The notes: generated by a model from the sequence alone, not told the origin. A stretch of DNA of 64,000 bases from Paludibacteraceae bacterium (GCA_051870995.1 JBJECK010000036.1:4742-68741); one strand, 5' to 3'; shown: positions 45,602 to 55,385, counted from the first letter of the stretch. A program made the numbers and translations.

Positions 45602-46705
45602 CTATTTGACAATTCCTTTCTCCAAGTACTCCGCCAAGTTGGTGCGCGCCTGCTCTGCGGCGTGGTCGGCTGCGACCTTGCGCATATCCAACTGCACCAT
45701 GAGGCGTACCAACTGCTCGAACGTGGTTTTGCCCGGGTTCCATCCCAACTCCTTGCGCGCCTTGGCGGGGTCTCCCCAGAGGTTGACCACATCGGTTGGG
45801 CGGTAGAAGTCGGGAGAGACCTCGACAAGGGTCTTACCTACAAGGTGGGCAGGTCCTGCGGTGCAGACACCCTTCTCGTTCTGTCCCTCGCCATCGAAAC
45901 GGAGCGTGATGCCGACCTCACGGAATGCGAGGTCGCAGAACTCGCGCACGGAGTGCTGCACGCCGGTGGCGATGACAAAGTCCTCGGGGGTGTCGTGCTG
46001 GAGGATGAGCCACATGCACTCGACATAGTCCTTGGCATAACCCCAGTCGCGCAGCGAAGAAAGGTTGCCGAGGTAGAGTTTGTCCTGCTTGCCCTGCGCG
46101 ATACGCGCCGCCGCGAGGGTGATTTTGCGGGTGACAAATGTCTCGCCGCGGCGCTCGGACTCGTGGTTGAAGAGGATGCCGGAGCAGCAGAACATGTTGT
46201 ACGCCTCGCGGTACTCCTTGACAATCCAGTAGCCGTAGAGTTTGGCGACGGCGTATGGCGAATAGGGGTGGAAAGGCGTGTTCTCATTCTGCGGGACTTC
46301 CTCGACCTTGCCGTAGAGTTCGGACGTGGACGCCTGGTAGATGCGGCAGGTGTCGGTCAGACCGCATGCGCGCACCGCCTCCAAGATACGCAAAACGCCG
46401 GTAGCATCAATATTCGCCGTATATTCAGGGGAGTCGAAACTAACTTGCACGTGGGATTATGCCGCAAGGTTGTAGATCTCGTCGGGACGCACCTTGCCGA
46501 TGACTTGGATGAGTCCCATGGAATCGGAGAGGTCGCCGTAGTGGAGGTGGAAATGAGGTTGCCCCTCGAGGTGGGCGATGCGCTCGCGGTAGTCCACCGA
46601 CGAACGGCGGATGATGCCGTGGACATCGTATCCCTTGTCCAACAGGAACTCGCTCAGGTAAGAGCCGTCTTGTCCTGTTACTCCCGTGATTAAAGCTGTC
46701 TTCAT
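45602..46705 (-). pseudogene. gmd: GDP-mannose 4,6-dehydratase interrupted by a single in-frame TAA (codon 83)
   Basis: The two co-linear, in-frame ORFs 46457..46705 and 45602..46450 together read ...[22 protein letters not shown].... Gmd orthologues have NLAAQSHV here, so CAA has become TAA at 46457..46459. The rest of the gene is intact ([25 protein letters not shown]). Confidence 0.85.
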
Positions 46706-46730
46706 ATCCTATTGGTTAAATAATTTATTG

Positions 46731-46738
46731 CAAAGGTA
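46731..46738 (-). promoter_or_regulatory. -7 promoter box (TAccTTTG) for gmd
   Basis: caaaggta on the + strand lies 26 nt upstream of the ATG at 46705. Confidence 0.5.
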
Positions 46739-46882
46739 CAAATAAAAAACAACATGTACAAATAAATGTTGAAAATCCTCTTTTATCGGGTATCTATGAA
46801 CAAAAACCGATAGTGGATGGATATATGTGCGTAAAATGTAAACAAAAAAGTAATTTATTTGCATATATCAATAAAAAAGCAG

Positions 46883-46890
46883 TATCTTTG
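46883..46890 (+). promoter_or_regulatory. Orphan -7 promoter box (TAtcTTTG) with no ORF behind it
   Basis: tatctttg is preceded by an A-rich tract. The next credible gene starts 680 nt downstream at 47570. Confidence 0.4.
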
Positions 46891-47569
46891 CACCGCGAAA
46901 CCCACATTTGGAGTCTGTCTCATGGTGCTAAAGTTTTTTTTGGGCACAGTGGAGTAATCAATCGGTGGGGATTGCAGACATTTTGAAAAAGGCGTTTGTT
47001 GAAGCGCTGTTCTGACTCTTGAAATCTCGCAAATTTCTAATTACCTCAGAGCATCCGCAACGATGAATGTCCGTGGGATATAAGTATCTATCATGTCCCC
47101 CTTGGATTGTTGTGTCCGTTTTTTTGGGGATGTGGTTATTTATATCTGCGTGGGCTTCGCGTTGTCGTTCTTAGGTAATGGGCAATGCGAGAGCCTCAAG
47201 AGTGGGAACGACATCAAGAGAACTCCCACGCTTTTTTTATGTCTGATTGTGTCATTGCTGATATGGGTGAATAGTGCCCTATATTCGGAAGGCGCATATT
47301 TGTTTTACTAATCATACGGGATAGGAGTTCGCCTGTACAATAAAGCATTGTAGGTATAACTTGTACGTTAGTAAGAACTTCATCATGTTGTTATTTGCCG
47401 GATTTATTGGCAAGGATTGCGTTATTAGCGGGAGAGAGTGTTCTTCCGCCGGATGGTTTGTATGTATTTTCGTACAGGTAAAACGGTGTGAGTCTCAAAA
47501 TGATATGGAGGAACTCGAAAATCCAAAAAAGAGTAGAGGAATAATCTAATTACAAAACAAAACATTACA

Positions 47570-48331
47570 ATGAAAAAAGTTTCATTTATTCTGTGTTCTC
47601 TTCTTTGCGCCATGAGTGTATCGGCTCAGTTATCAACAGGCAAGGTGAACTCAACCATTATTCCGCGCACAGGGAACCGTCCGCAAGCAGGCGATATGGG
47701 TTTCTATATCGGTGCATCGGTAAGCCAGGTTCTGGACCTAATCAACTTCAACAACTCCCACGCTGACAAGGCGACGGGTTACGGTGAGTGGTACTGGGCA
47801 TTGCCTGTACTGAATCTCAAGTACTATGCGACCGACAACTGGGAGACCCGTCTCGGTTTTGAATTCTCGTGCTACTCGGAGACCAACAAGACGAGCATGG
47901 ACGGCGATACGTACAAGACAGCCACCAACTGCAATTTCACGCGTCTGCTTCCCGGTGCGGCATACCACTTCAACACCAACAATATCTTAGATGTATATTT
48001 GGGTGCACAAATTCCTATCGGATGGAATATCAACAGCGAGAAGACAAGCGGTCCGGACATGACCAAGAAGACGACTGAAAACGCCTTTGTTATCGGTGCC
48101 GGAATATTCGGCGGTTTGCAGGTATTCATCGCGGACCTGCCTTTTGCCATCGGTGTAGAGTTGGGCTATTCGGGAAAAGCCACCTTCGGCGGTGCGCCAA
48201 ATACCAAATACACGACCAACGGCGACACCGGCAACACAGAAGAAGGCAACATGAATACAAAGGCGACACGTGCTTCGGGTACATGGGGTGCGGATGCTGC
48301 TATCACGTTCTCTTATTATTTCCGCAAGTAA
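47570..48331 (+). CDS. Outer-membrane beta-barrel (porin-like) protein
   Basis: The signal peptide is MKKVSFILCSLLCAMSVSAQ. Alternating strands and a C-terminal ...ITFSYYFRK fit a beta-barrel. Confidence 0.7.
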   Translation: MKKVSFILCSLLCAMSVSAQLSTGKVNSTIIPRTGNRPQAGDMGFYIGASVSQVLDLINFNNSHADKATGYGEWYWALPVLNLKYYATDNWETRLGFEFSCYSETNKTSMDGDTYKTATNCNFTRLLPGAAYHFNTNNILDVYLGAQIPIGWNINSEKTSGPDMTKKTTENAFVIGAGIFGGLQVFIADLPFAIGVELGYSGKATFGGAPNTKYTTNGDTGNTEEGNMNTKATRASGTWGADAAITFSYYFRK

Positions 48332-48358
48332 TTGTCCGATCCACAAAAGTATGCAAAT

Positions 48359-48826
48359 ATGAAAAAATATATAATGATTCTGCTTACCATGATGCTTGTA
48401 TTCACATCCTGTGTGAGCCAACATGAGGTAAGCAAGCAGTACAGTACTCCTTTTCGTCCGAATGTAGTTCGTCTGGATATGACGATGGACGACTACGAGT
48501 ATTTGGGAGAAGTAACGGTAGCGGTAGAATACAAGACCTACTTCGGTATATTCAAGAAGATGGTCAGCATCAACGGCAAGGCCTATAATCCGCGTACCTA
48601 CCGTTTGAGCCAACTCAACATGTATCCATCCGCCAACTATACCGTTTTCCGCAAAGCGTTGTACAAAGTAACGGATGCGTATCCGATGGCGGACTATATT
48701 ATCCCCGCCTCCCGCACCAAGCAAGTGGAGCACATGATAGGCGGGCGCATCATCAAAGAGCAGATGACCGTCAAAGTATTCGCTATCCGGACAGGCAAAC
48801 AAGTTCAGCAGACAGGTAATGAATAG
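48359..48826 (+). CDS. Hypothetical lipoprotein
   Basis: MKKYIMILLTMMLVFTSC provides a lipobox at the ATG at 48359. Confidence 0.5.
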   Translation: MKKYIMILLTMMLVFTSCVSQHEVSKQYSTPFRPNVVRLDMTMDDYEYLGEVTVAVEYKTYFGIFKKMVSINGKAYNPRTYRLSQLNMYPSANYTVFRKALYKVTDAYPMADYIIPASRTKQVEHMIGGRIIKEQMTVKVFAIRTGKQVQQTGNE

Positions 48827-49637
48827 GTACATTATTCTGATAGTGAGCATTGTCTTGCTGATGTCGTCGTGCGACCGGTCTCCCCAAATGCTGTATGTTG
48901 CCCCGATAGGTATGGATCAGATGAGAGAATATGCAGCGTCCAACAGTCCGCTGCGTATCTCCATCAAAGCATCGTCAAAGGAAGCCCCCATCCGTCAAGT
49001 GGTGATAAAGACCTACGACGAGGTATATCTATACCGAACCGTGTTGGACAGCAGTTTTGTGGATGCACTGAGCCAGTTGGATACAGAATTTCTCTACACA
49101 ACGGGGTCTTATCCCGACACTACCACCGTCCAAATGACCACGACTATATTTTGTACGGACGGTACGATAATGCGATATACCTATCGTTTGTACGTGCTTC
49201 CCGACGGCTCTTACCTGCAGCCATCAGACGCCATTACGATGTATTCCGCATCGTCCCGCAAGAAATGCGGTTTCAGTTTTCCGTTACTCAATACCATATA
49301 CCCCGACAGCAACCGCATTGATTCGCTCACTTTCTACGATTTGGTACAGTCTGACAGTCTCCACAGGGATAATTTGTCGCGCTACTGGTATTCCGAATCC
49401 GGGGTATATTTTGCCCGTTCGGAAAGTTTCGACTACGCCGGAGCCACCGTTCTTGCGCTGAAACAAACTTTCTTGAACTGCAAACGCGACAGTATTATTT
49501 ACGGGCTCAAGAATGATGACGTTATCCTGTTCGGCAAGTATGGTGAAGCACTCGGTGTAATAAAGATTCTACTGATTGACGACATAGCCGGCGTAGAAGA
49601 CGACCGCTATGTATTCAGTCTGAAATACGCAAAGTAG
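48819..49637 (+). CDS. Hypothetical lipoprotein
   Basis: MNRYIILIVSIVLLMSSC provides a lipobox. The gene overlaps the upstream gene by 8 nt. Confidence 0.5.
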   Translation: MNRYIILIVSIVLLMSSCDRSPQMLYVAPIGMDQMREYAASNSPLRISIKASSKEAPIRQVVIKTYDEVYLYRTVLDSSFVDALSQLDTEFLYTTGSYPDTTTVQMTTTIFCTDGTIMRYTYRLYVLPDGSYLQPSDAITMYSASSRKKCGFSFPLLNTIYPDSNRIDSLTFYDLVQSDSLHRDNLSRYWYSESGVYFARSESFDYAGATVLALKQTFLNCKRDSIIYGLKNDDVILFGKYGEALGVIKILLIDDIAGVEDDRYVFSLKYAK

Positions 49638-49669
49638 GATTCTGCACCGCGAGCACAGGCATCAGCGCG

Positions 49670-49704
49670 GGACCCGGCAAAACAGTTTGCCGGGTCCTTT
49701 TTTT
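49670..49704 (+). terminator. Strong intrinsic terminator
   Basis: ggacccggcaaa-acag-tttgccgggtcc is followed by a T7 run. Confidence 0.8.
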
Positions 49705-49838
49705 GCAGCAAAATACGACAGTATAGGCTCTCACGGAGGCTACCCGTCCACAGGGCAAAAAAAGACGGCACACGGACATAATTGCAATATAAAACCGTCA
49801 AAATTGCATTTCTATTTGCTCAGGTATGAATTTTGTTG

Positions 49839-49846
49839 TATTTTTG
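49839..49846 (+). promoter_or_regulatory. -7 promoter box (TAttTTTG) for pepC
   Basis: tatttttg lies 22 nt upstream of the ATG at 49868. Confidence 0.5.
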
Positions 49847-49867
49847 CAGTGATATTACAAAAAAGAT

Positions 49868-51088
49868 ATGTTTATGAAGAAAATAGCAATCGCCGCAGGC
49901 TTATGTATGATGAGTATCGGTTTGGCGGCACAGAATGACACTACCCTATTGCCCAAGGATACCACCGAGGGGTTTGTATTCACCACGATAGACAGCGTAG
50001 GCATCACGCCCGTCAAGGACCAACACCGCAGCGGGACATGCTGGGCATTCTCGACCATCGGTTTCCTCGAGAGCGAACTGATACGTATGGGCAAGGGCGA
50101 ATACGACCTGAGCGAGATGTTCGTAGTAAACCACACAATGGTTGACCGCGCGGAGTACGTAGTACGCATGTACGGGAATGCGCAGTTCGCCGCAGGCGGG
50201 TCTGCCTACGACGTCATATACTGCCTAAAGAACTACGGAATGGTGCCCCAATCGGCTATGCCCGGTATCCTATACGGCACTACGAAAGCCGACACGCTAC
50301 CCGTACATGGCGAACTGGATGCCGTAGCCGGAGGGTATGTAAACGCCCTGACGAACAGCAAACTGAAGCGCCTGACGCCGGTATGGAAACAAGGTCTGCA
50401 GGCTATCTACGACACATATCTCGGGGCTTGTCCGACGGAATTTACCTACGAGGGGAAGACTTACACACCGCAATCGTTTGTCCAATCGCTGGGGCTGAAC
50501 GCAGACGACTACGTGAGCATCACCTCGTACACCCACCATCCTTTCTACACCACGTTTGCGCTGGAGGTGCCTGATAACTGGCGTATGGACCAAATGTACA
50601 ACGTACCGATAGACGAACTGATGCGCATCATAGACAACGCGCTTGCCAAGGGCTACACCATGGCATGGGGCGCGGACGTGAGCGAAGTGGGATTCACGCG
50701 CAAAGGTATCGGCGTGATGCCCGATGCCGACAACGGCGCAGACCTAACCGGCAGTGATATGGCAAAATGGCTGGGAATGAGCAGCGACGACCGCCGCAAA
50801 GAACTGACAAAAAAGCCCCTACCCGAGCTCGAGATTACCCAAGAGATGCGCCAGCAAGCCTATGACAACTGGGAGACCACCGACGACCACGGGATGCAAA
50901 TCTTCGGCACTGCCAAAGACCAGAACGGCAAACGCTATTATATGGTAAAGAACTCGTGGGGGACGCAACGGAGCAACTACCAAGGGATATGGTATATTTC
51001 CGAAGCGTTTATGAAATACAAGACCAATGACATCCTTGTGCACAAGGATGCTGTCCCGAAAGATATCCGCAAGAAATTAGGAATATAA
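49868..51088 (+). CDS. pepC: C1-family cysteine peptidase, aminopeptidase C / bleomycin hydrolase-like, with signal peptide
   Basis: VKDQHRSGTCWAFS contains the catalytic Cys, and the C-terminal part ...HGMQIFG...NSWG contains the His/Asn region. Confidence 0.85.
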   Translation: MFMKKIAIAAGLCMMSIGLAAQNDTTLLPKDTTEGFVFTTIDSVGITPVKDQHRSGTCWAFSTIGFLESELIRMGKGEYDLSEMFVVNHTMVDRAEYVVRMYGNAQFAAGGSAYDVIYCLKNYGMVPQSAMPGILYGTTKADTLPVHGELDAVAGGYVNALTNSKLKRLTPVWKQGLQAIYDTYLGACPTEFTYEGKTYTPQSFVQSLGLNADDYVSITSYTHHPFYTTFALEVPDNWRMDQMYNVPIDELMRIIDNALAKGYTMAWGADVSEVGFTRKGIGVMPDADNGADLTGSDMAKWLGMSSDDRRKELTKKPLPELEITQEMRQQAYDNWETTDDHGMQIFGTAKDQNGKRYYMVKNSWGTQRSNYQGIWYISEAFMKYKTNDILVHKDAVPKDIRKKLGI

Positions 51089-51115
51089 ACACATACAATT
51101 TAATTCATTACTACT

Positions 51116-51637
51116 ATGATTTCAAAAAAAATGGAAGAGGCTATCAATGCCCAAATCAATGCTGAGATGTGGTCTGCACATCTGTATCTGAGTATGTCAG
51201 CGTATTGCCAAAAAATCGGCTATACGGGCATGGCAAACTGGTTTATGGTACAGTTTAAGGAGGAAGAAGACCATGCAATGATTTTCTTCAACTACCTGCA
51301 AAGCCGCGGCGGCGTAGTTACGCTGAGAGGGCTTGACGCGCTACCTACCGAATGGGCAAATCCTCTTGCCGTCTTCGAGCACACGCTACAGCACGAGGAG
51401 AAAGTAACCGCAATGATCAACAACCTGATGGATATTGCGGTAGCAGAGAAAGACTACGCTGCACAATCACGCCTGCAATGGTTCATCGACGAGCAGGTAG
51501 AAGAGGAAGAGAACGCCAACGAGCTGATCCAAAAGCTGAAAATGCTGGATGGTAACAGCTACGGAATGTATGTGCTGGACCAAGAATTGGCTGCCCGCAC
51601 CTACACCCAGGCATCTCCGCTGGCTACTGCCGAATAA
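51116..51637 (+). CDS. ftnA: Ferritin (non-haem bacterial Ftn)
   Basis: INAQINAEMWSAHLYLSMSAY...FKEEEDHAM...HEEKVT contains the ferroxidase-centre residues. Confidence 0.9.
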   Translation: MISKKMEEAINAQINAEMWSAHLYLSMSAYCQKIGYTGMANWFMVQFKEEEDHAMIFFNYLQSRGGVVTLRGLDALPTEWANPLAVFEHTLQHEEKVTAMINNLMDIAVAEKDYAAQSRLQWFIDEQVEEEENANELIQKLKMLDGNSYGMYVLDQELAARTYTQASPLATAE

Positions 51638-51676
51638 ACCGTTCAGAACTGCGTCTGCAACTGACGAACAAAACTA

Positions 51677-51711
51677 CATCCGCCGCACAGGTAACTTCTA
51701 TGCGGCGGATG
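51677..51711 (+). terminator. Terminator hairpin after the ferritin gene
   Basis: An 11-bp stem catccgccgca/tgcggcggatg. The T-tract that follows is weak. Confidence 0.55.
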
Positions 51712-51845
51712 TCTGTATTATAATAGTTGGTGTGGTAAGATATGCCTGGACATACGGGCACCTACTTAGATTTTGGAAAGTGGAGGAGAGAAATAAAAAA
51801 GACGAAAAAAACGCTCGGATATTTGTGCATATCAAAAAAAAGCCG

Positions 51846-51853
51846 TATCTTTG
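51846..51853 (+). promoter_or_regulatory. -7 promoter box (TAtcTTTG) for tRNA-Gln
   Basis: tatctttg lies about 95 nt upstream of the mature tRNA 5' end. Confidence 0.5.
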
Positions 51854-51947
51854 CAGCCGCTTTTGAGACAGCAGACGCTCTATGGTGCTATCGCGCCGCT
51901 TCACGAAAGCAGGAAAGAGCCTGTTTCGGCAGGTAACTTTCCGACGG

Positions 51948-52019
51948 TGTCCAATGGTATAAAGGCTATTACGTCAGATTTTGGTTCTGAAAATCCTGGT
52001 TCGATTCCGGGTTGGACAA
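51948..52019 (+). tRNA. tRNA-Gln (anticodon UUG)
   Basis: I folded the cloverleaf by hand. The acceptor is tgtccaa/ttggaca with a U1:A72 pair and the D stem is gta/tac. The anticodon stem is tcaga/tctga with loop tt-TTG-gt. The T arm is cctgg-ttcgatt-ccggg. CCA is not encoded. Confidence 0.8.
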
Positions 52020-52027
52020 CAAAACAA

Positions 52028-52050
52028 AGAGCCTGAGACGGCTCTTTTTT
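52028..52050 (+). terminator. Intrinsic terminator after tRNA-Gln
   Basis: agagcc-tgagac-ggctct is followed by ttttt. Confidence 0.65.
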
Positions 52051-52213
52051 ATCGGGAGACAGGTTTTCCCGGCGTGTGATGGGATACGGGCAGCCACACA
52101 ACAACCGAAAAAGCGAACGCGCTATTTACGGATAGTTTGAAAAATTAGACAGACAAGTACGCAAGAGGTTGACATTCTGCCCCATATTGAGTAACACAAC
52201 AACAAATTACACA

Positions 52214-52774
52214 ATGAAGACATTTGAACTGACAGGTACTCTTCGTTCGGAGTACGGAAAGAAGGCGGCAAAGGCATTGCGCGCCGAAGAACTGGTTCCC
52301 TGCAACCTATACGGAGCCGGCGAGAACATGACTTTTACGGTAAAAGCTGCCGATGTACGCAAGCTGATTTACACTCCTGACACGTTGATCGTTCTGCTGA
52401 CTATCGGCGACGTAAAGAAAACAGCCGTCGTAAAAGAGTATCAATTCCACCCCCTGAGCGGCAATGTACTGCATATCGACTTCTTGGCTGTAAACGAGGA
52501 GAAGCCTGTAACGGTAGAAATCCCTGTACAGCTGGTAGGTCACGCAGAAGGTGTGAAAGCCGGTGGTAAGCTGGTAATGAACATGCGCAAGATGAAGGTG
52601 AACGGTATTTACACCAAGTTCCCGGATCGCGTCGTAGTGGACGTAACTTCCTTGGGCTTAGGCAAGAAGATTGCCGTAGGCGACGTACAAATCGAAGGTT
52701 TGAAGATGATGAACCCGAAAGATGCGTGCGTAGCAGAGGTAAAGACCACACGTCAGAGTGCTGCAGCGCAATAA
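52214..52774 (+). CDS. rplY: 50S ribosomal protein L25 / general stress protein Ctc
   Basis: MKTFELTGTLRSEYGKKAAKALRAEELVPCNLYG...HPLSGNVLHIDF. The ATG is at 52214. Confidence 0.9.
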   Translation: MKTFELTGTLRSEYGKKAAKALRAEELVPCNLYGAGENMTFTVKAADVRKLIYTPDTLIVLLTIGDVKKTAVVKEYQFHPLSGNVLHIDFLAVNEEKPVTVEIPVQLVGHAEGVKAGGKLVMNMRKMKVNGIYTKFPDRVVVDVTSLGLGKKIAVGDVQIEGLKMMNPKDACVAEVKTTRQSAAAQ

Positions 52775-52844
52775 TCTGCAACAAGAATGAAGGTAAGGAG
52801 TGGAGAAGCGCGTCTTTTCCACTCTTTTCGTAAATAAAGAAGGT

Positions 52845-53408
52845 ATGAAATACTTAATAGTAGGTCTCGGCAACATCGGCGACGAGTACGCGCACACGCG
52901 CCACAACATAGGGTTTGAGATGATAGACGCCTTCGCCGGCAGCGTCCACGCCGTTTGGGAAGACAAACGATACGGATTCGTTGCCAAATGCAGGGTAAAG
53001 AACGCAGAGCCGGTGTTGCTGAAACCATCCACTTATATGAACCTCAGCGGCAATGCCGTCCGCTACTGGCTGCAGCAGGAGAAGATAGCCGTAGAGAATA
53101 TGCTGGTGCTGGTGGACGACCTGAACTTACCCTTCGGGAGCATCCGCATCCGCAAACAGGGCAGCAACGGCGGGCACAACGGACTGGGAAATATCCAGTC
53201 GGTACTGGGGACGGAAAACTACGCGCGCGTGCGTTTCGGCATCGGTAACCAGTTTACGCGCGGCACACAATGCAACTTTGTTTTGGGGCGCTGGACAGAG
53301 GAAGAGCAAGCTGCGTTACCCGAACGGCTGAAGGTAGTAGCGGAGATTATTCCCTGCTTCTGCCTACAAGGTATCGACCGGACGATGAACCTCTACAACG
53401 GCAAATAG
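52845..53408 (+). CDS. pth: Peptidyl-tRNA hydrolase
   Basis: [24 protein letters not shown]...YMNLSG...GGHNGL. Confidence 0.9.
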   Translation: MKYLIVGLGNIGDEYAHTRHNIGFEMIDAFAGSVHAVWEDKRYGFVAKCRVKNAEPVLLKPSTYMNLSGNAVRYWLQQEKIAVENMLVLVDDLNLPFGSIRIRKQGSNGGHNGLGNIQSVLGTENYARVRFGIGNQFTRGTQCNFVLGRWTEEEQAALPERLKVVAEIIPCFCLQGIDRTMNLYNGK

Positions 53409-55385
53409 ATGAGACGCTTTTGGCAACATCCGTGGACAATCGCAACATGTAACCTATTGATAGTGATGGCAATATACTCGCTATCGCGGTTGTTTTTCTA
53501 CGCTATCAATACGGACATATTCCCGAATGTAACGCCTGCGCATTTGGCAGAGATGATGGCGGGAGGCTTACGGTTTGACCTAACCGCCCTACTCTACCTC
53601 AACTCGGTATATATCCTGCTGATGTTATTGCCTCTGCCCGCCGTCATACGCAACAATCGCCATTACAAGCGAGTAGTGCACGGATTCTACCTGATTCCGA
53701 ACAGCATTGGTATAGCAGTAAACTGCATAGACATGGTGTATGTGCGTTTTACAGACCGCCGTACCACATGCACGTTCTTCTCTGAATTTCAACACGATAA
53801 CAACTTGGGAACTATCTTCCTGCAAGCGGTAGTGCAATACTGGTACGTCAGCCTGTTTGCCATAGCGATGATAGGACTGCTGATTTGGGCATCGCGGAAA
53901 CCGAAAGTGGTGGACGAGCACCTATACCGACATCGGACGGGCTATTACGCAAGCGAAAGCCTGCTACTATGCGTATCCGCCTATTTCTGCGTTATCGGCA
54001 TCCGAGGAGGGTTCGGCAGCTACACACGCCCTATCACCATATCCAACGCCCTACAATACACCAATACACCGCAAGAAACGGCTATTCTGCTGAACACACC
54101 GTTCTCGCTGATGAAGTCGATAGAAAACGAGACCTATATCAACCCGCACTACTATCCGGACAACGAAATAGAGCAGCATATGTCGCCTATACAGCTGCCA
54201 CAACCTACTGCCCATATGGTGGACAAGATGAACGTAGTTGTGCTGATTCTGGAATCGTTCTCCAAAGAGTATATCGGATTCTTCAACCACGACCTCGAGG
54301 ATGGGACATACCAAGGCTATACGCCATTCCTTGATTCACTATTATCAGAATCCGTAACCTATACATATTCATTCGCCTCCGGGCGGAAATCGATAGACGC
54401 CATGCCGTCGGTATTGTCTTCCATCCCGATGCTGATAGAGCCGTACATCGTAACACCGTATTCCACCAATGCCGTGTCGTCGATAGCAGCCTGTCTCGGT
54501 CGTGAGGGCTATACGACCGCATTCTTCCACGGTGCACCCAACGGCAGCATGGGTTTTCAGGCATACGCCCGTTCTGCGGGCTTCGGAGCCTATTACGGTA
54601 TGGACGAATATGACGGTCCCTCCGCCTTCGACGGCACATGGGCCATTTGGGACGAAGAGTTTCTGGAATACTACGCACGCACGATGAGCAGCATGAGCGA
54701 ACCGTTTATGACCGCTGTCTTTACCGCCTCAAGCCACCATCCATTCCACATCCCGACACGTTATAAGGACAGCTTTCCCTCAGGTACGCAGCCCATACAC
54801 CGTTGTATAGGCTACTCCGACTACGCCCTGCGCCGTTTCTTCGAATACGCACAAACACAGCCATGGTTTGAGCACACGCTTTTCGTTCTGACAGCAGACC
54901 ACACCAACCAACTCTCATACGCCGAATACACCAACGCCAAAGGGCTATACGAGGTGCCTATTATCTTCTACTGCCCCAAGAAATTGAAAGCAGAGCTGCA
55001 CACGAAAGAAGTAGTGAGTCAGACTGATATCATGCCATCGGTATTGGGGTATTTAGGATATAAAAAGCCGTTCTTTGCCTTCGGCGAAGATGCCCTAAGC
55101 CAAGCTAAGCGGCATCCATACGCCGTCTGCTATAACAACCCCGTCTATCAGATTATATCAGACAGCCTATTGATTCAGTTCGATGGGCAGACAACAACAG
55201 GCGTATATAATCACAAGAAAGACAGGTTACTCCAACACAACATAGAGCAAGCAACAAGAGGCAGCACAGAAAGAGCAGCGATGGAAGATTACCTCAAAGC
55301 CTATATCCAACAATATATCGCACGCATTACGACCAACCGAATGACAACGGACAAAGAGACAGAAAATGGAAACACGCGTAGATAA
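53409..55385 (+). CDS. LTA synthase-family / sulfatase-like membrane phosphotransferase
   Basis: Five N-terminal TM segments precede an alkaline-phosphatase-superfamily domain (VVLILESFS..., TADH). The start directly abuts the pth stop. Confidence 0.8.
   Translation: MRRFWQHPWTIATCNLLIVMAIYSLSRLFFYAINTDIFPNVTPAHLAEMMAGGLRFDLTALLYLNSVYILLMLLPLPAVIRNNRHYKRVVHGFYLIPNSIGIAVNCIDMVYVRFTDRRTTCTFFSEFQHDNNLGTIFLQAVVQYWYVSLFAIAMIGLLIWASRKPKVVDEHLYRHRTGYYASESLLLCVSAYFCVIGIRGGFGSYTRPITISNALQYTNTPQETAILLNTPFSLMKSIENETYINPHYYPDNEIEQHMSPIQLPQPTAHMVDKMNVVVLILESFSKEYIGFFNHDLEDGTYQGYTPFLDSLLSESVTYTYSFASGRKSIDAMPSVLSSIPMLIEPYIVTPYSTNAVSSIAACLGREGYTTAFFHGAPNGSMGFQAYARSAGFGAYYGMDEYDGPSAFDGTWAIWDEEFLEYYARTMSSMSEPFMTAVFTASSHHPFHIPTRYKDSFPSGTQPIHRCIGYSDYALRRFFEYAQTQPWFEHTLFVLTADHTNQLSYAEYTNAKGLYEVPIIFYCPKKLKAELHTKEVVSQTDIMPSVLGYLGYKKPFFAFGEDALSQAKRHPYAVCYNNPVYQIISDSLLIQFDGQTTTGVYNHKKDRLLQHNIEQATRGSTERAAMEDYLKAYIQQYIARITTNRMTTDKETENGNTRR

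Noticed and set aside
46457-46459. The TAA inside gmd could be evidence of stop-codon reassignment (TAA read as Gln), with the tRNA-Gln(UUG) gene nearby.
   Set aside because: TAA, TAG and TGA all terminate other well-conserved genes in the window at the expected positions, for example TAA in recQ and TGA in rimO. The tRNA has a normal UUG anticodon. A point mutation or sequencing error is far more likely.
47093-47549. Small ORFs (72 aa and 62 aa) in the gene-less region could be protein genes.
   Set aside because: They have no promoter or start context. Composition is odd and Cys/Phe-rich. One spans the terminator-like hairpin. The region is better treated as non-coding.
51854-51947. A second tRNA or tRNA-like gene in the leader of tRNA-Gln.
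   Set aside because: There is no T-loop (GTTCRANNC) or acceptor pairing, only a simple nested hairpin.
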